Below are positions 1-11,766 of a DNA stretch of 64,000 nt, in pieces. The stretch is taken from assembly GCA_051294905.1 (NCBI GenBank), contig CM119378.1, positions 3,040,001-3,104,000 on the forward strand. Direction: 5' to 3'. How positions within the stretch are numbered: position 1 is the first letter of the stretch; every line of letters starts with the position of its first letter. The position numbers and the translations under genes were made by a program. Under the pieces are notes generated by a model. That model did not search any database. It was given only the letters and a program-made list of their open reading frames with translations, and was not told the DNA's origin. Origin of the DNA: Botryllus schlosseri (taxonomy: Eukaryota).

Positions 1-3000
1 GCTAAAACTTGTCGTTCAAGCGATGATATCGATCTTCCGTCATTGATTACCTCCGCGGCTCAGAAGTGGCTTAGCGTTTTTTTCGACCCTGAATCACTGA
101 AAAGCCTCTTGAGCGCAGTTCCACAAAATGTATAAGAACGCTGGTGTTCTTATCCTGCAATGGAACTGCAGAGGAATATATAGGAAGTTACCTTAACTGA
201 AGAACTTAATATCAGGAGGCCTAGGGAGTTGTTCTTTTATGTTAATTCAAGAGACACATCTTATTGATAAATATGTTCCAAAGATTAAAGGGTATAAAGA
301 AAAGATAAAACACTTCACAGTGGTGGGCTCACTTCACAGTGGTGGGCTAGCCATTCTAATTAATAAGCAATTGTCTTATCGAATTCTCGATATTCAGTCA
401 CCCGGCGGTGGTAGATGCGCTGTGCATCGAAGTGAACGGTTTGTGGATCTGTAACATATACTGCTCTCCCGAGTACCGAGTTGTTGATGGTGACTTAAGA
501 CTTCTTGGGTGACCTGTCAGATAGGTCTTTGTTATTAGGTGATTGATTTCAATGCCCATCACTGGTCATGGAGTGCTAGAAACTCGAATCGCAGAGGTCA
601 CATGTTGTATGCAGGGCCGTAACAGCACTTCGTTAGCCCCCCAAACTTTGGTCTTGCCCCCCCCCTAGGGTTATAGATCGAACGTCTTGGAACGTCCCAG
701 ACCCCCCTCCGGCGATACGCTGTTTACCACTATTCATCATATTCATTGGGAGTTTATTTAGTGAATCAGCTTGTGTCGCCTAAGCGCGCGATGCGCGCAG
801 AATTTCTAGAATTCATGCTTTCATCGGTCAGTATGATCGGGAATTGCATACATTGTTATCAATTTTTATCTTCTCTCTGGTCACATTTTTATCTTCTCTC
901 TGGTCACGTAATCAGATTTGCCGGTAGAGCTGAGTGAGGTGTGTTTGAAAAGGTAGGACCACTCAATAATAATTAAACATCTTCGGGCGTATACCCGTTG
1001 GCGGGAACAAAACAGCACCCCCATAGGGTGATAAAACGACCCCCCCCCCCCCGCCATCACGTTGTTCGCGTTTGTCACGAAATTACCCGTACTGTACTGT
1101 GAGCCAGCGCGAAGCGCGAAAATTTTCGATAATTTATGATAAAATCGGTCAATCAGATCAGCGACTGCATTTATAATATGCTATCAATTTATTGTCCTCT
1201 CTACTCACGTAATCAGATTTGCACAGATTTGCGGGTAGTGCTGAGTGAGGTGTGTTTGAAAAGGTAGGACCACTCAATAATAATTAAACATCTTCGGGCG
1301 TATACCCGTTGGCAGGAACAAAACAGCACCTCGTCAGGCCCCCAAAAACGTGGGTCTTGGGCTCCCATAGGGTGATAAAACGACCCCCTCCATCACGTTG
1401 TTCGCGTTTGTCACGAAATGACCCGTATTGTATTGCGAGCCAGCGCGAAGCGCGAAAATTTTCGATAATTTATGATAAAATCGGTCAATCAGATCAGCGA
1501 CTGCATATATAATATGCTATAAATTTATTGTCCTCTCTACTCACGTAATCAGATTTGCCGGTAGTGCTGAGTGAGGTGTGTTTGAAAACGTAGGACCACT
1601 CAATAATAATTAAATATCTTCGGGCGTATACCCGTTGGCCGTTGGCAGGAACGAAACAGCACCTCGTCAGGCCCCCAAAAACGTGGGTCTTGGGCTCCCA
1701 TAGGGTGATAAAACAACCCCCCATCACGTTGTTCGCGTTTGTCACGAAATTAGCCGTACTGTATTGTGAGCCAGCGCGAAGCGCGAAAATTTTCGATAAT
1801 TTATGATAAAATCGGTCAATCAGATCGGCGACTGCATATATAATATGCTATCAATTTATTGTCCTCTCTACTCACGTAATTGAATTTACCGGTAGAGCTG
1901 AGTGAAGTGTCTTGAAAACGGGAGGGCCCGTAAATAATGATTAAACATCTTCGGGCGGGCGGAACCGTTGATATGACTTCGTTACATGATGTTATTTCGC
2001 GACTTCCAGTCTGCTATATCAAAAAATATAGAACCGCCCAAACGTAGGCTTCTAAACTAAGAGAAGCACACGATTTCAAATTGGTATTTCTTCACTGACA
2101 TAAAAATTTTCCCAGCGGGATGGTATTTGTCTTGTGAGGTTCAGATTGCAACGACAGGAACATTCGGCGCCAGTCATTTAGGCGCCTATGGACAATTAAA
2201 CCTATATGTATTTTGTATATATATAGCGAAGTCTTTTATCTGCATAAGGGCATAGACCTTTTCGGTCAAGCTTTTCTCGCTGCCAATCGTTCTGGCACAC
2301 TTCTTGGAGTCGCATTTTATATGGCCTAAAACTTGACTGTATGTCTTGGTGGGTCGTGGCGCGGTAATGGCCCAATACCCAATAATAAAGATAAATGGCT
2401 ACTTGAATTCGCGCGCAGCGCGGAAAAATTTTGAAAAAATTGCATAAATTTTCAAAAAATACTCTTATGATTTATGCTAATTCACGAAATAATTTTGGGC
2501 CCCCCATCGAGCTCGGGCCCCCCCAATTGGGGGGTTTGGGGTGCGGCAGTTACGGTGCTGGTTGTATGATTCGATGAACCGGCATGGATTGGTAACCCTG
2601 AACGCAACGAGTCCAACTCGCATCAATACTGCATACAACGCAGTGAGCAGGGCCTCACTCATCGACTTGTCACTGGCGTCGGCAGATATCGCACACTCGT
2701 GCTCTACCAACGTGACAAACTCCCTATTGGGCAGTGATCATTTTGTCATTCTGACATCTTTATTGGCTAAACTACCCCGCTCTAACGTCCGCTTACTTGG
2801 GCCCTTTCGAAGGCAGATTGGGCGAGCTTTCGCCAGATGATTGATCTACCTGACGTGCCAAATTTGGGGAACAACATAGACGCCATGGTCGACAAATTCA
2901 CTAGTGATGTATTATGTGCGGCCAGCCTGTCCATTCCAATCAAGAGAAGTCACAGTCGCTCATCAGTACCATGGTGGAACGACGATTGTGCCAGGGCTGT

Positions 3001-5443
3001 GAGAAGGAAGAAGGCAGCGTTTTTGAAAATGAGGCAAACGTTTGATGCGCAATACATCGCTGAATTTGAACGTCGTCGCGCACAGTGCAGACGAGTGATA
3101 CTAACAGCAAAATGTGAATCATGGAGATCCTTTTGTGAAACACTTTGCACCAGGGGAAATTTCCAGAAAGTGTGTGGTGCAAATTTCCAGAAAGTGTGGA
3201 GTGTCGTCCGTTCTATTTTGGGCAATCTTTCTATAGTTCGGTGGCATCTTTGAAAGTTGAGAGCAATTATATTACTGATGAAAGAGGAAAAGCACAAATA
3301 CTAGCGAAGACATTCCAACGTTGTAGCAGCTCTTTAGGTTGGACTTGAGAGCTTCACTCCTCATAGAAGTCGAACACCATAGGAACGATACTCATCCTTT
3401 CACGATTGCAGAGCTTGAGAAAGCAGTGAAGTCGAAAAAAGACACGTCCCCGGGACATGACACTCTTTGCTATTCCATGTTCAAAAACTTCCCGCTAGAT
3501 GCCCTACTCAGCATGCTTACGGTGATAAATACCACATGGTGCAATGGGACTGTCCCTCGCAGCTGGAAGCACTCGATTGTTATTCCAATTCCCAAAGGAA
3601 ACAAGGACCGATCAGACCCACAGTCATATCGTCCTATAGCCTTAACCAGCCACCTCTGTAAAGTGATGGAGACGAGTCTCCATCTTGGCATCTAGAAAAG
3701 CACGGCTTACTCCACTCAGCTCATAGTGGCTTTCGTCGGGGACGGCGGGCCCTGGATCATGTGCTCCGATTACACGATGCCACTTACAAAGCTATCCATA
3801 ATGGAAGATCGGTTTTAGCTGTCTTCTTAGACATCGAGAGAGCATATGACATGGTGTGGCGGGCTGCTGTGGTATTGCTGGCTGCTGCGAAATTATGTAC
3901 AGCATGTACTCAAACTAGGAAGTAATCAGCTGAGGTATGTGGAATTCTTCAAATATTTAGGTGTCACCTTTGATAAAAGACTTAACTATAAGATACACAC
4001 ATCTAACGTTGCGTTGCATCCAAATGCGCAAAGCGCATGAATTTACTCGAAATGGTATCCGGCACATCTTGGGGTGCATCCACTCGAACGCTATTAACCC
4101 TGTTTAGGAGCCTGATAAGATCCATCATAAACCCTGTTTAGGAGCCTGATAAGATCCATCATAGAGTATGGCATGGTAGCGTACTTCTTCGCACCGAAAT
4201 CACACCTCACGAAAATAATTGCAATCCACAATCAAGCTCTGAGACTTTCTTGCGGTGCCATGTCCAGCACCCCTTTATGCGTATTAGAGGCCTCGTGTAA
4301 CGAAATGCCCTCTTTTCTCAGGCACCAATATCTTTGTCTCAAGTACCGTTCCAAGATCAGAACACAACAATCAAACCCAGCACGTAGTTTATTGGAGGGT
4401 GTTCATGGGAGGAAATTTACAATCTACTCTCAGACCGATTTGTGACATTCAATCGGGATTTTAGCAATACCCAAACAGGATGCCAATTTACACCGATGGA
4501 TCTAAAAACATCAACGGTGCTGGGTACTCCTTCTACATCCCCGATTGCAATATAAGAACATCAAAAGTATGTTCGAAACTCCTATCAATCTTCTCAATTG
4601 AGCTGAGAGCAATATTCGATGCACTGATATGGATTTCAGAAAATTCCATTGAACGAGTTGCTATTCTGAGTGACTCTTTAAGTGCATTGCTGTCGTTGAA
4701 AAACCATCTTGGTGAAAATAACTAACTCACCATCTCTTACATGAAAGCCATAGAGATTTCTTTTGTATTATTGAAGGGAATGAAGTCGCTGACCGATTTG
4801 CGAAAGAGGCTGCGGCCCATGACTTACCTGACCAAAGTGTAGATCTTACTTCTAGCCTCTACCTGACCAAAGTGTAGATTTTACTTCTAGCGAGGCTAAC
4901 TCATTGATTTAAAGTCACTGTAGGCAAGACTGGAACCAACGTTTCATCGAGCCGCCTCTAGAGCACATTTCAAACAGGTTCTGCCCCGACATATACACAA
5001 AACTACCTACTTTAACCACGCCACGCCGTGCCGAAACCACCATTTTCAGATTACGGACCGGACACTGTCGTCTCAACTCCCATCTTGGCAAAATTGGATG
5101 CTCCGATACCATTGATTGTATAGCACATGCCATGTTGAAGAAACTGCAGAGCACGTTATAATCGAGTGTGCAAAGTACGCCAACGAAAGATGCCAGTTTA
5201 GAGCCGCCGTACTGGACTTGAGAGTACCCTTCACCATGGAAAATATAATAACTACTGATTATATATTACCGTTGCTGTGGGAATTCCTTTCGAAGACAAA
5301 GAGACAGTACTAAATGTTTAGTTGACTGTATTTACTTTTCGCAATATCGATTCGATTAGCAACCGTTATATCGTGACGCAAAAGACCATAGTTGTTATAT
5401 GCGTCACTAAAATTGCTTTTAAATATAATAATAATAATAATAA
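1..5443 (+). mobile_element. Decayed LINE (I/Nimb/Loa-type non-LTR retrotransposon with APE, RT, RNase H, CCHC), interrupted by a MITE at 612-2560
   Basis: APE motifs (ILQWNCRGI at ~150, LIQETHL, DFNAH-like, LIDLSL, GSDHF). RT motifs: SPGHD, WKHSIVIPIPK, SYRPIALTSHLCKVME, FLDIERAYDMVW, KYLGVTFD. RNase H: IYTDGSK, IELRAI, ILSDSLSAL, GNEVADRFAK. C-terminal RLRTGH and C-x2-C..ETAEHVIIEC. 3' stem gtgacgca/tgcgtcac (5373-5407) followed by a (TAA)n tail. Many stops and frameshifts; RT core deleted near 3860-3900. Confidence 0.9.
612..2560 (+). mobile_element. Non-autonomous hAT-type element (family A) with internal ~300-330 bp tandem repeats
   Basis: Perfect 8-bp TSD gttgtatg (604-611, 2561-2568). 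Imperfect TIR cagggccgtaac / gttacggtgctg. About 3.5 internal repeat units between ~830 and 1950. Splits the LINE endonuclease region. Confidence 0.9.
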
Positions 5444-6761
5444 TTTTTTTCGAATGATGGAACAAAAGTCAAATCAAAAAATTACCAGCAGCAAAATACC
5501 AGCCACTGCAGATGTGGAATCATTTTGGAAGAAAATATGGGAAACCAAAAAATTGCACAACTCAAATGCAAATTGGATACAAGACCTCCACACTGATTAT
5601 CTACAAACACCAGAACAACAATGGTCAGAAATCACAAACCAAGAAATCAAGGAGGCCCTAAAAAGCTCACTGAACTGGAAAGCAGCTGGTCCTGACCAGA
5701 TCAAAAACTTTTGGCTAAAAAAAACTAACTGCAACGCATAATTACCTAGCGGTGACCTACAATGAGCTTTTATCCTCAACCAACTCGCACGAGATCCCAG
5801 CCTGGTTCACACAAGGGATAACCTATCTTATTCCAAAAAATGAAAACACCACTGACCCCAAGAACTACAGGCCAATAACATGCCTGACAACCATGTACAA
5901 AACACTGACCAAAATCCTGGCAAAACGAAGCTACAAACACCTAGAAAATCTTCTACCGCCTGAGCAGAAAGGATGCAAAGAAGGCGCCCTTGGCTGTAAG
6001 GACCACCTGCTCCTTGACAAAACCAGTCTTGAAAACTGCAAGAGGAAAAACACACCAACCTCAGCATGGCATGGATAGACTACAAAAAAGCTTTCGATTC
6101 AGTCCCTCACACGTGGATACTGAAAACAATGCGTATGTACAAAATGAATCCGATCATCATCAGATTTATTGAAAATTCAATGAAAAATTGGCATACAAAA
6201 CTGTTGATCAAACATGACCAAGGTGAAACAGAAACCTGTACAATTCAGATATGCAATGGTATCTTCTTCCAAGGCGACTTATTCTCACCACTTCTATTCT
6301 GCCTCAGCTTAGCTCTACTCAGTGAGTTGCTGAGAAAAAATGAAACAGGATACGTGATGAAAAAAGCAGCAAATTCTGAAGGTCAAAAGATTCATCACCT
6401 TTTGTTCATGGATGATCTGAAACTGTATGCGAAATCCGATACGGACCTGAATAACCAAATGAAAATTGTTCATGAGTTTTCGGAAGATATAAAAATGAAA
6501 TTTGGCTTGGATAAATGCTCAAAACTTACCATACGACGTGATAGAGCCACCAGCACTGGCGACATGAACTTCAAAATGGACGAAACCATAACAGAATTGA
6601 ATGCCGAAGATCACTATAAATATCTAGGGATCTGTGAAAGCGACAACATTAAACATGCTGCAATGAAATCAAATCTAAAAAAAGAATACATCAGCAGGGT
6701 CAAGTCAATTCTCAAAACTGAACTCAATTCCAAAAACAAAATCAATATCAATGCCATAAAC

Positions 6762-7717
6762 CAGGGGTCGCCAACTCAAAACGAGTCGCGGGCCACTTTT
6801 CAAAATTCGCAGCGGCCGCGGGCCGCATGAATTCAATGTCGGTATAAACTAGGCAACCATCGTTTCGAAACTCTACGTCAGTACAACGCCGTGCTACTTA
6901 ATTTAGGCAATGGGCGTAGTGACCACAAAGGAAGTAATATTTTATCAAAGGAATACAAATACAACAAAAAATCATGATCATTAATTTCATTTTATTTTGA
7001 AGTCTGAGTTGTGCACTATACTGGAAACGCTTCTCAGCGAATAAGGACTCGATATTGGTGCTAGCGAGATACGTTACTAAAGCTTGATCTTATGTGGCAG
7101 CCTTAAGCCAGTGGTTCTCAAACATTTTTAGACAGGCCCCCCTTAATGATATTGAAAACTTTTGCTCCCCCCTTATCGTCATATCACAAAATGCAACCAG
7201 AATGCTAGCAACCCCAACGGATAGTTTGATGGCATTGAATGTTATGACTGTTGATATACACAAAATACACGGACCATACACAAAATGTAAATTTGATGTA
7301 AATCGCACCGAGCGCGAAAAAATTTTCAGTTGACCGCAGCTCCGCGCCCTGTTCAGATGCTTTCACGCCCCCACAAGAGGGGCGCGCCCCCCAGTGAACC
7401 ACTGCCGTATGCCGTTTTATATGCGTCTCGATCTTGGCAGTGTTTTGGCCATTGCACGTCAAGGCAATATGCCCAGCCCATTCATTTCAGCAGATTATTC
7501 TTCCTCGGTGGAATGCTGTTGCCATCTCCAAAGCCGTTTTAGCTAGTGACGAATAGTGATGTTGGGCACAGGAGAATAGCTTCTTTCGAAACCACAGCCA
7601 CAACAACAATACTTGAAACTGCATTTCAGAATGGTTTTCTCAGCATTCTTCTGAAATCTCAAATCACGTCGCGGGCCGCAAATTATGACCTAGCGGGCCG
7701 CGTGTTGGTGACCCCTG
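6762..7717. mobile_element. Charlie/hAT-type MITE inserted in the R4/Dong ORF
   Basis: Perfect TSD ccataaac (6754-6761, 7718-7725). TIR caggggtcgccaac / gttggtgacccctg. The ORF reads AIN|SLAVPVL across the insertion. Confidence 0.9.
7109..7404. mobile_element. Small Charlie-type MITE nested in the previous MITE
   Basis: Ends cagtggttc / gaaccactg; decayed TSD ccttaagc / ccgtatgc. Confidence 0.65.
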
Positions 7718-9383
7718 CCATAAACAGTCTTGCAGTGCCTGTCTTGAGATATAGCTTTGGTGTGGTGAACTGGCGCAAAGATGAAATTAAAAAATTGGAC
7801 ACAAAGACGAGAAAACTGATGACAATGCACCACATGCATCACCCAAAATCTGATACACAAAGACTGTGCATCCCCAGAAAAAAAGGTGGTAGAGGACCAC
7901 AAGAAATTGAACAAACTTTCAAAACAGAAATCATTGGCTTGTCACACACAGTACATCAACAACAGCGATAACATTTACTGCAAACTCATTGCACAGGAAG
8001 ACAAACAGCGCAAAACAAAATCTCAGCCCCGTGTAGACGAGCTTTCATGGACCTGGCTATCCAGCTCTGGCCTGAAACCGGCAAGCGAAGGATTCATTTT
8101 CGCAGCACAAGACCAATCGCTTCCTCCAAAATACTATCGCAAAAGAATTCTGCAGCAAAACACGGACAGCAAATGCAGAATGTGCCACAACCAAAATGAA
8201 ACTGTAGCACATCTCATGTCCGGCTGTGGTGCACTTGCAGCTACCGAATACACATGGAGACACAATAGGATTGGTCACTACATTCATCTTGAATTATGCA
8301 AACATTTTAACATCACCACTTCGATAAAAAATTGGTACGATTACAGCCCAGCACCAGTGACAGAAAACGAACAAGTAAAAATTCTATGGGATGTACCAGT
8401 TATAACTGACCGCGAACTCAGAAGCAACCGCCCGGATATAATCGTCAAACTAAAAAAGAAAAGAGAACGCTTATTCATTGAGCTGGCTGTCCCAGCTGAT
8501 CACAACCTACTGCAAAAAGAATCAGAAAAACACTCCAAATACGCAGACCTCAAAATGGAATGTGAGAAAATGTGGCGATGCAAAATAAACATTGTACCGA
8601 TAGTCATTGGCGCTACAGGGGTTGTGAGCAAAAAACTCATGAGACATATCCAACATGAGACATATCCAACAAATTCCGGGTAACGTTCGATTCGACATGA
8701 TCCAAAAGATAACATTATTGGGCACTGTGCACATTCTTCGGAAGGCCTCTCTACCTCTGCTCTGTAACCCTTGCCAATTCTTCATCTGCTGCAATTCTGT
8801 AATCTGACTTGTCCGTGTATTGCATAGGAATAACAATTTGAATGTATCACTGATATTTTAAAAATTTACTCCAATCTCGCCATTTTCCTTTGGGGGCAGG
8901 TTACTCCCCGGATTATGCGTGTATCTACCAGTTTTACTGTGAATAAAGAATATAATAATAATAATTTATAACTTGACATGAATTTTCGAATACACTCCCT
9001 TCATCAACTCTATACCGGTGAATCTGATCACATGGGCTGACAAAGGATAATATTTGGGGCAAGTTTTTGCAACTTTTGCAACTTTTTACAGCTTCCGGTA
9101 GCTTCCTAAATACTCGGAAATTATGGAGAATGCTGTTTTGAACTGTTTAAAGGAATCTTATAGTTCAACTTTTGTCCATTTTTCATGCAACTCTTTGCAG
9201 CTTTTACGATTTTTCAGGATAGTTTTTTCGATTTTTCATTCAACCAACATCTTACTGGAAATATTTGGCAGCATGTGTAAACAGATCGCTGGATTACGTC
9301 ATTGTTTTTTGAGAATGTTGATGAAATACACGGCCAAATTCGACTGAAATACCGTAAAACAGCACCAAAGTAATGCTCTAACG

Positions 9384-11745
9384 CAGTGGTTCTCAACCTT
9401 TTTGGCTTCGCGGACCCCTTTTGACCGTCACGGACCCGCGCGGACCCCCTAAAGTTTTAACTCAATTTTAGCTCTATTATGGTGCAACCTTCATCTGTCT
9501 TGTGCAAATATGAACTGTAGGCTTGTGATAAACAGCAAAATAGTGATTTTTCTTGAAGATAACATCATACTATTTATGTAGAAATTAGTGGACTTTTATT
9601 ATTTCAAAGCTAATTTTGCTGCTGTACTTCTTGAAGTACGTGGTCGTGTCTTGAAAATCCGCGTCTTCGTTTTGATATGAACGAGGAGTGCCGAAAACCA
9701 TTTCCGCAAAGATAGATGGAAGCTAATGCAATATTTACGTATAACGCTTCCGACGATACTTTTGGTGTGATCGCAACATTTATGGCACCAAAATGAAGAA
9801 ACACATATTTAATGAACATATCACGTCCAGCATCTAGCGCAGGGACGGGCAACATACGGACCGCGGCCCGTGACGGCATTTTGATCGACCCGCAGAGAGA
9901 TTCTACCGTCAAAGTGAAATCCTAATCTAAAAGTATAGACAAATATTATGCTCCAGAGCATGGATCCAAGTTTTCCAACCAGAGACTGTCATGAAACGAC
10001 TTGTTCTGTTCGGGTTAAATATATATTTACGAGCAAACATTTTCGACCATGAACAATTGAACATTAACAAGACAAGGCTGCATACCAATATAACTCGTGA
10101 TATGAATTTCAGGGTTGGAGCGTAATGCTTTGATAGCAACGAAACACTCCTTGTACATCGAAAAATCAGCCTTGTCGATAGGGCATCCGCAATAAGAATG
10201 CGCCACATGTGATAGCCGAGCTTTGAGAGCAGGTAGGGGAGATGTGGTACCGATGGATCAAAAATTGGAAAATGATCGCTGGCCCCCCACTGTTCAGCCG
10301 AAAACAGCAGGTCTTTTGCTGGCTCAGCACTTTGATACAAGCTCTACCTATCGCGCACATATACATGAATATCCGTCCTTTCAAAAAATATTCATGGGCG
10401 TTCAAAATTTGTTGCTCGAACGTGTCATCGGTCCCCAACCGGTGGGTCCAATGGCACACGACCCGGGGACCTATGACACATATACCCTAAATACCTCAGA
10501 TGTGACAACTTTTCTTGCTCAGTATTATAATCTAAGCTACAGTAAGCCAAAGAAGAATGTTCGATCGCAACCGTCAAAAAATAGAATAAATATAAACTCA
10601 AATGTTGTCATAAAATCACATTTCGATTTAGGCTCGGACTTATAAATTTGAGGGTACATACATATTGCCCGAAAATCGACAGTGTGACTTCCAAATACCT
10701 CGTTATAGCGATAAAACATCATATGCAATTATTACATAAAGATTTTCTGTACGTAGGCATGTTTCATTTGTTTTATGATTAGTATGCTTGATTATTTTGC
10801 TTGATTTGGCTATTGTATCATCGGTCCCCACCCTACGAATTTTATACGTGAATCGATAAAAATTCAACTCAAGGAAAGTACTGCAAAAATAATAGGTGCC
10901 ATTATATAGCCTGATACAAGCCCTACACTTCACAATAAAAATGATTGCTGCTTTGTTCGTGTTGAAGGTTACAAAGAAAAATGTATATGTCGATATAAAT
11001 TTACTTTAAACCCCCAAAAACAAAAAACATCTGTGAGAGACCCCATAGCTCGCGCACGTCGAATTTTTTTGTATGTGAGGAAAGATTTTGCCAGCAAGCA
11101 ATTGTAGACAAGTTCACGGAGTGTAATCATGGAATGATCATAGAGAATTTTCAAAGTATTTTCGGTCCCAGTGATCCATCGGTACCACATCTCCCCTATA
11201 TCATTGTCCGATTAATGACGAGTGTCAGCCGAAAATATTCGGGCTCATTTCAATATGAATATACTATTCAATTTTATATTAAAGCTCTGTACCTCCAAGA
11301 AGCTGTTCCCTGCATTGAGACAAATTATGGAAATACTTCTGATTTTTTTATTTCAAACGACTGTTCACTAACTTGATGAGACTGACAACTTCAAATCGAG
11401 AAGGATTCGTAGACATTACGAAGTCACCCTGATTGACGCTACTATCTCCATATTTTTATTTTTTCCACAAACCCCTACAAAACGTCTCTAAAGAGCAATA
11501 TGTTTGTATGAGCAGGTTATTGGAAAATTGGCAATGAAAATGAGTTTCCACACTACCATAGTCCATGTCAGACGATTAATACGATGATATGAGTCATGAG
11601 GTTTTAGCAGTTGTGGTGCGAAACTGCCTCATGCTTTCTCAAATTGAAAAATAAAATAAAAATCAGGTTATCAACCATTTAAAAAATTTAGAGGTCTCGC
11701 GGACCCCCTGAAATTGCTTCGCGGACCCCCGGTTGAGAACCACTG
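9384..11745 (-). mobile_element. Charlie/Buster-derived non-autonomous hAT (family C) with nested insertions
   Basis: Perfect TSD ctctaacg (9376-9383, 11746-11753). TIR cagtggttctcaacc. Transposase C-terminal remnant (SIYLCGNGF). Related copies at 53098-53715 and 56511-57343. Confidence 0.85.
10236..11196. mobile_element. Tc1/mariner/pogo-type MITE
   Basis: 25-bp TIR ggggagatgtggtaccgatggatca flanked by TA on both sides. A second, inverted copy lies at ~14871-15559. Confidence 0.8.
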
Positions 11746-11766
11746 CTCTAACGGGTATTTCGGAAT

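Larger units (their letters stand above)
5444..8950 (+). mobile_element. 5'-truncated, decayed R4/Dong-clade non-LTR retrotransposon (RT plus restriction-like endonuclease)
   Basis: WKAAGPDQI, NYRPITCLTTMYK, EQKGC, WIDYKKAFDSVPH, QGDLFSPLLF, HLLFMDDLKLY, YKYLGI; zinc knuckle CRMC..ETVAHLMSGC; RHN, RPDII, IELAVP..K..KYADL. Flanked on both sides by (TAA)n (5425-5443, 8952-8965). Frameshifted; interrupted at 6762-7717. Confidence 0.9.

Noticed and set aside
830..1950. Regularly spaced repeats that could be mistaken for a CRISPR array
   Set aside because: The units are ~320-bp full tandem copies with no unique spacers, inside a TSD-flanked eukaryotic transposon; no cas genes.
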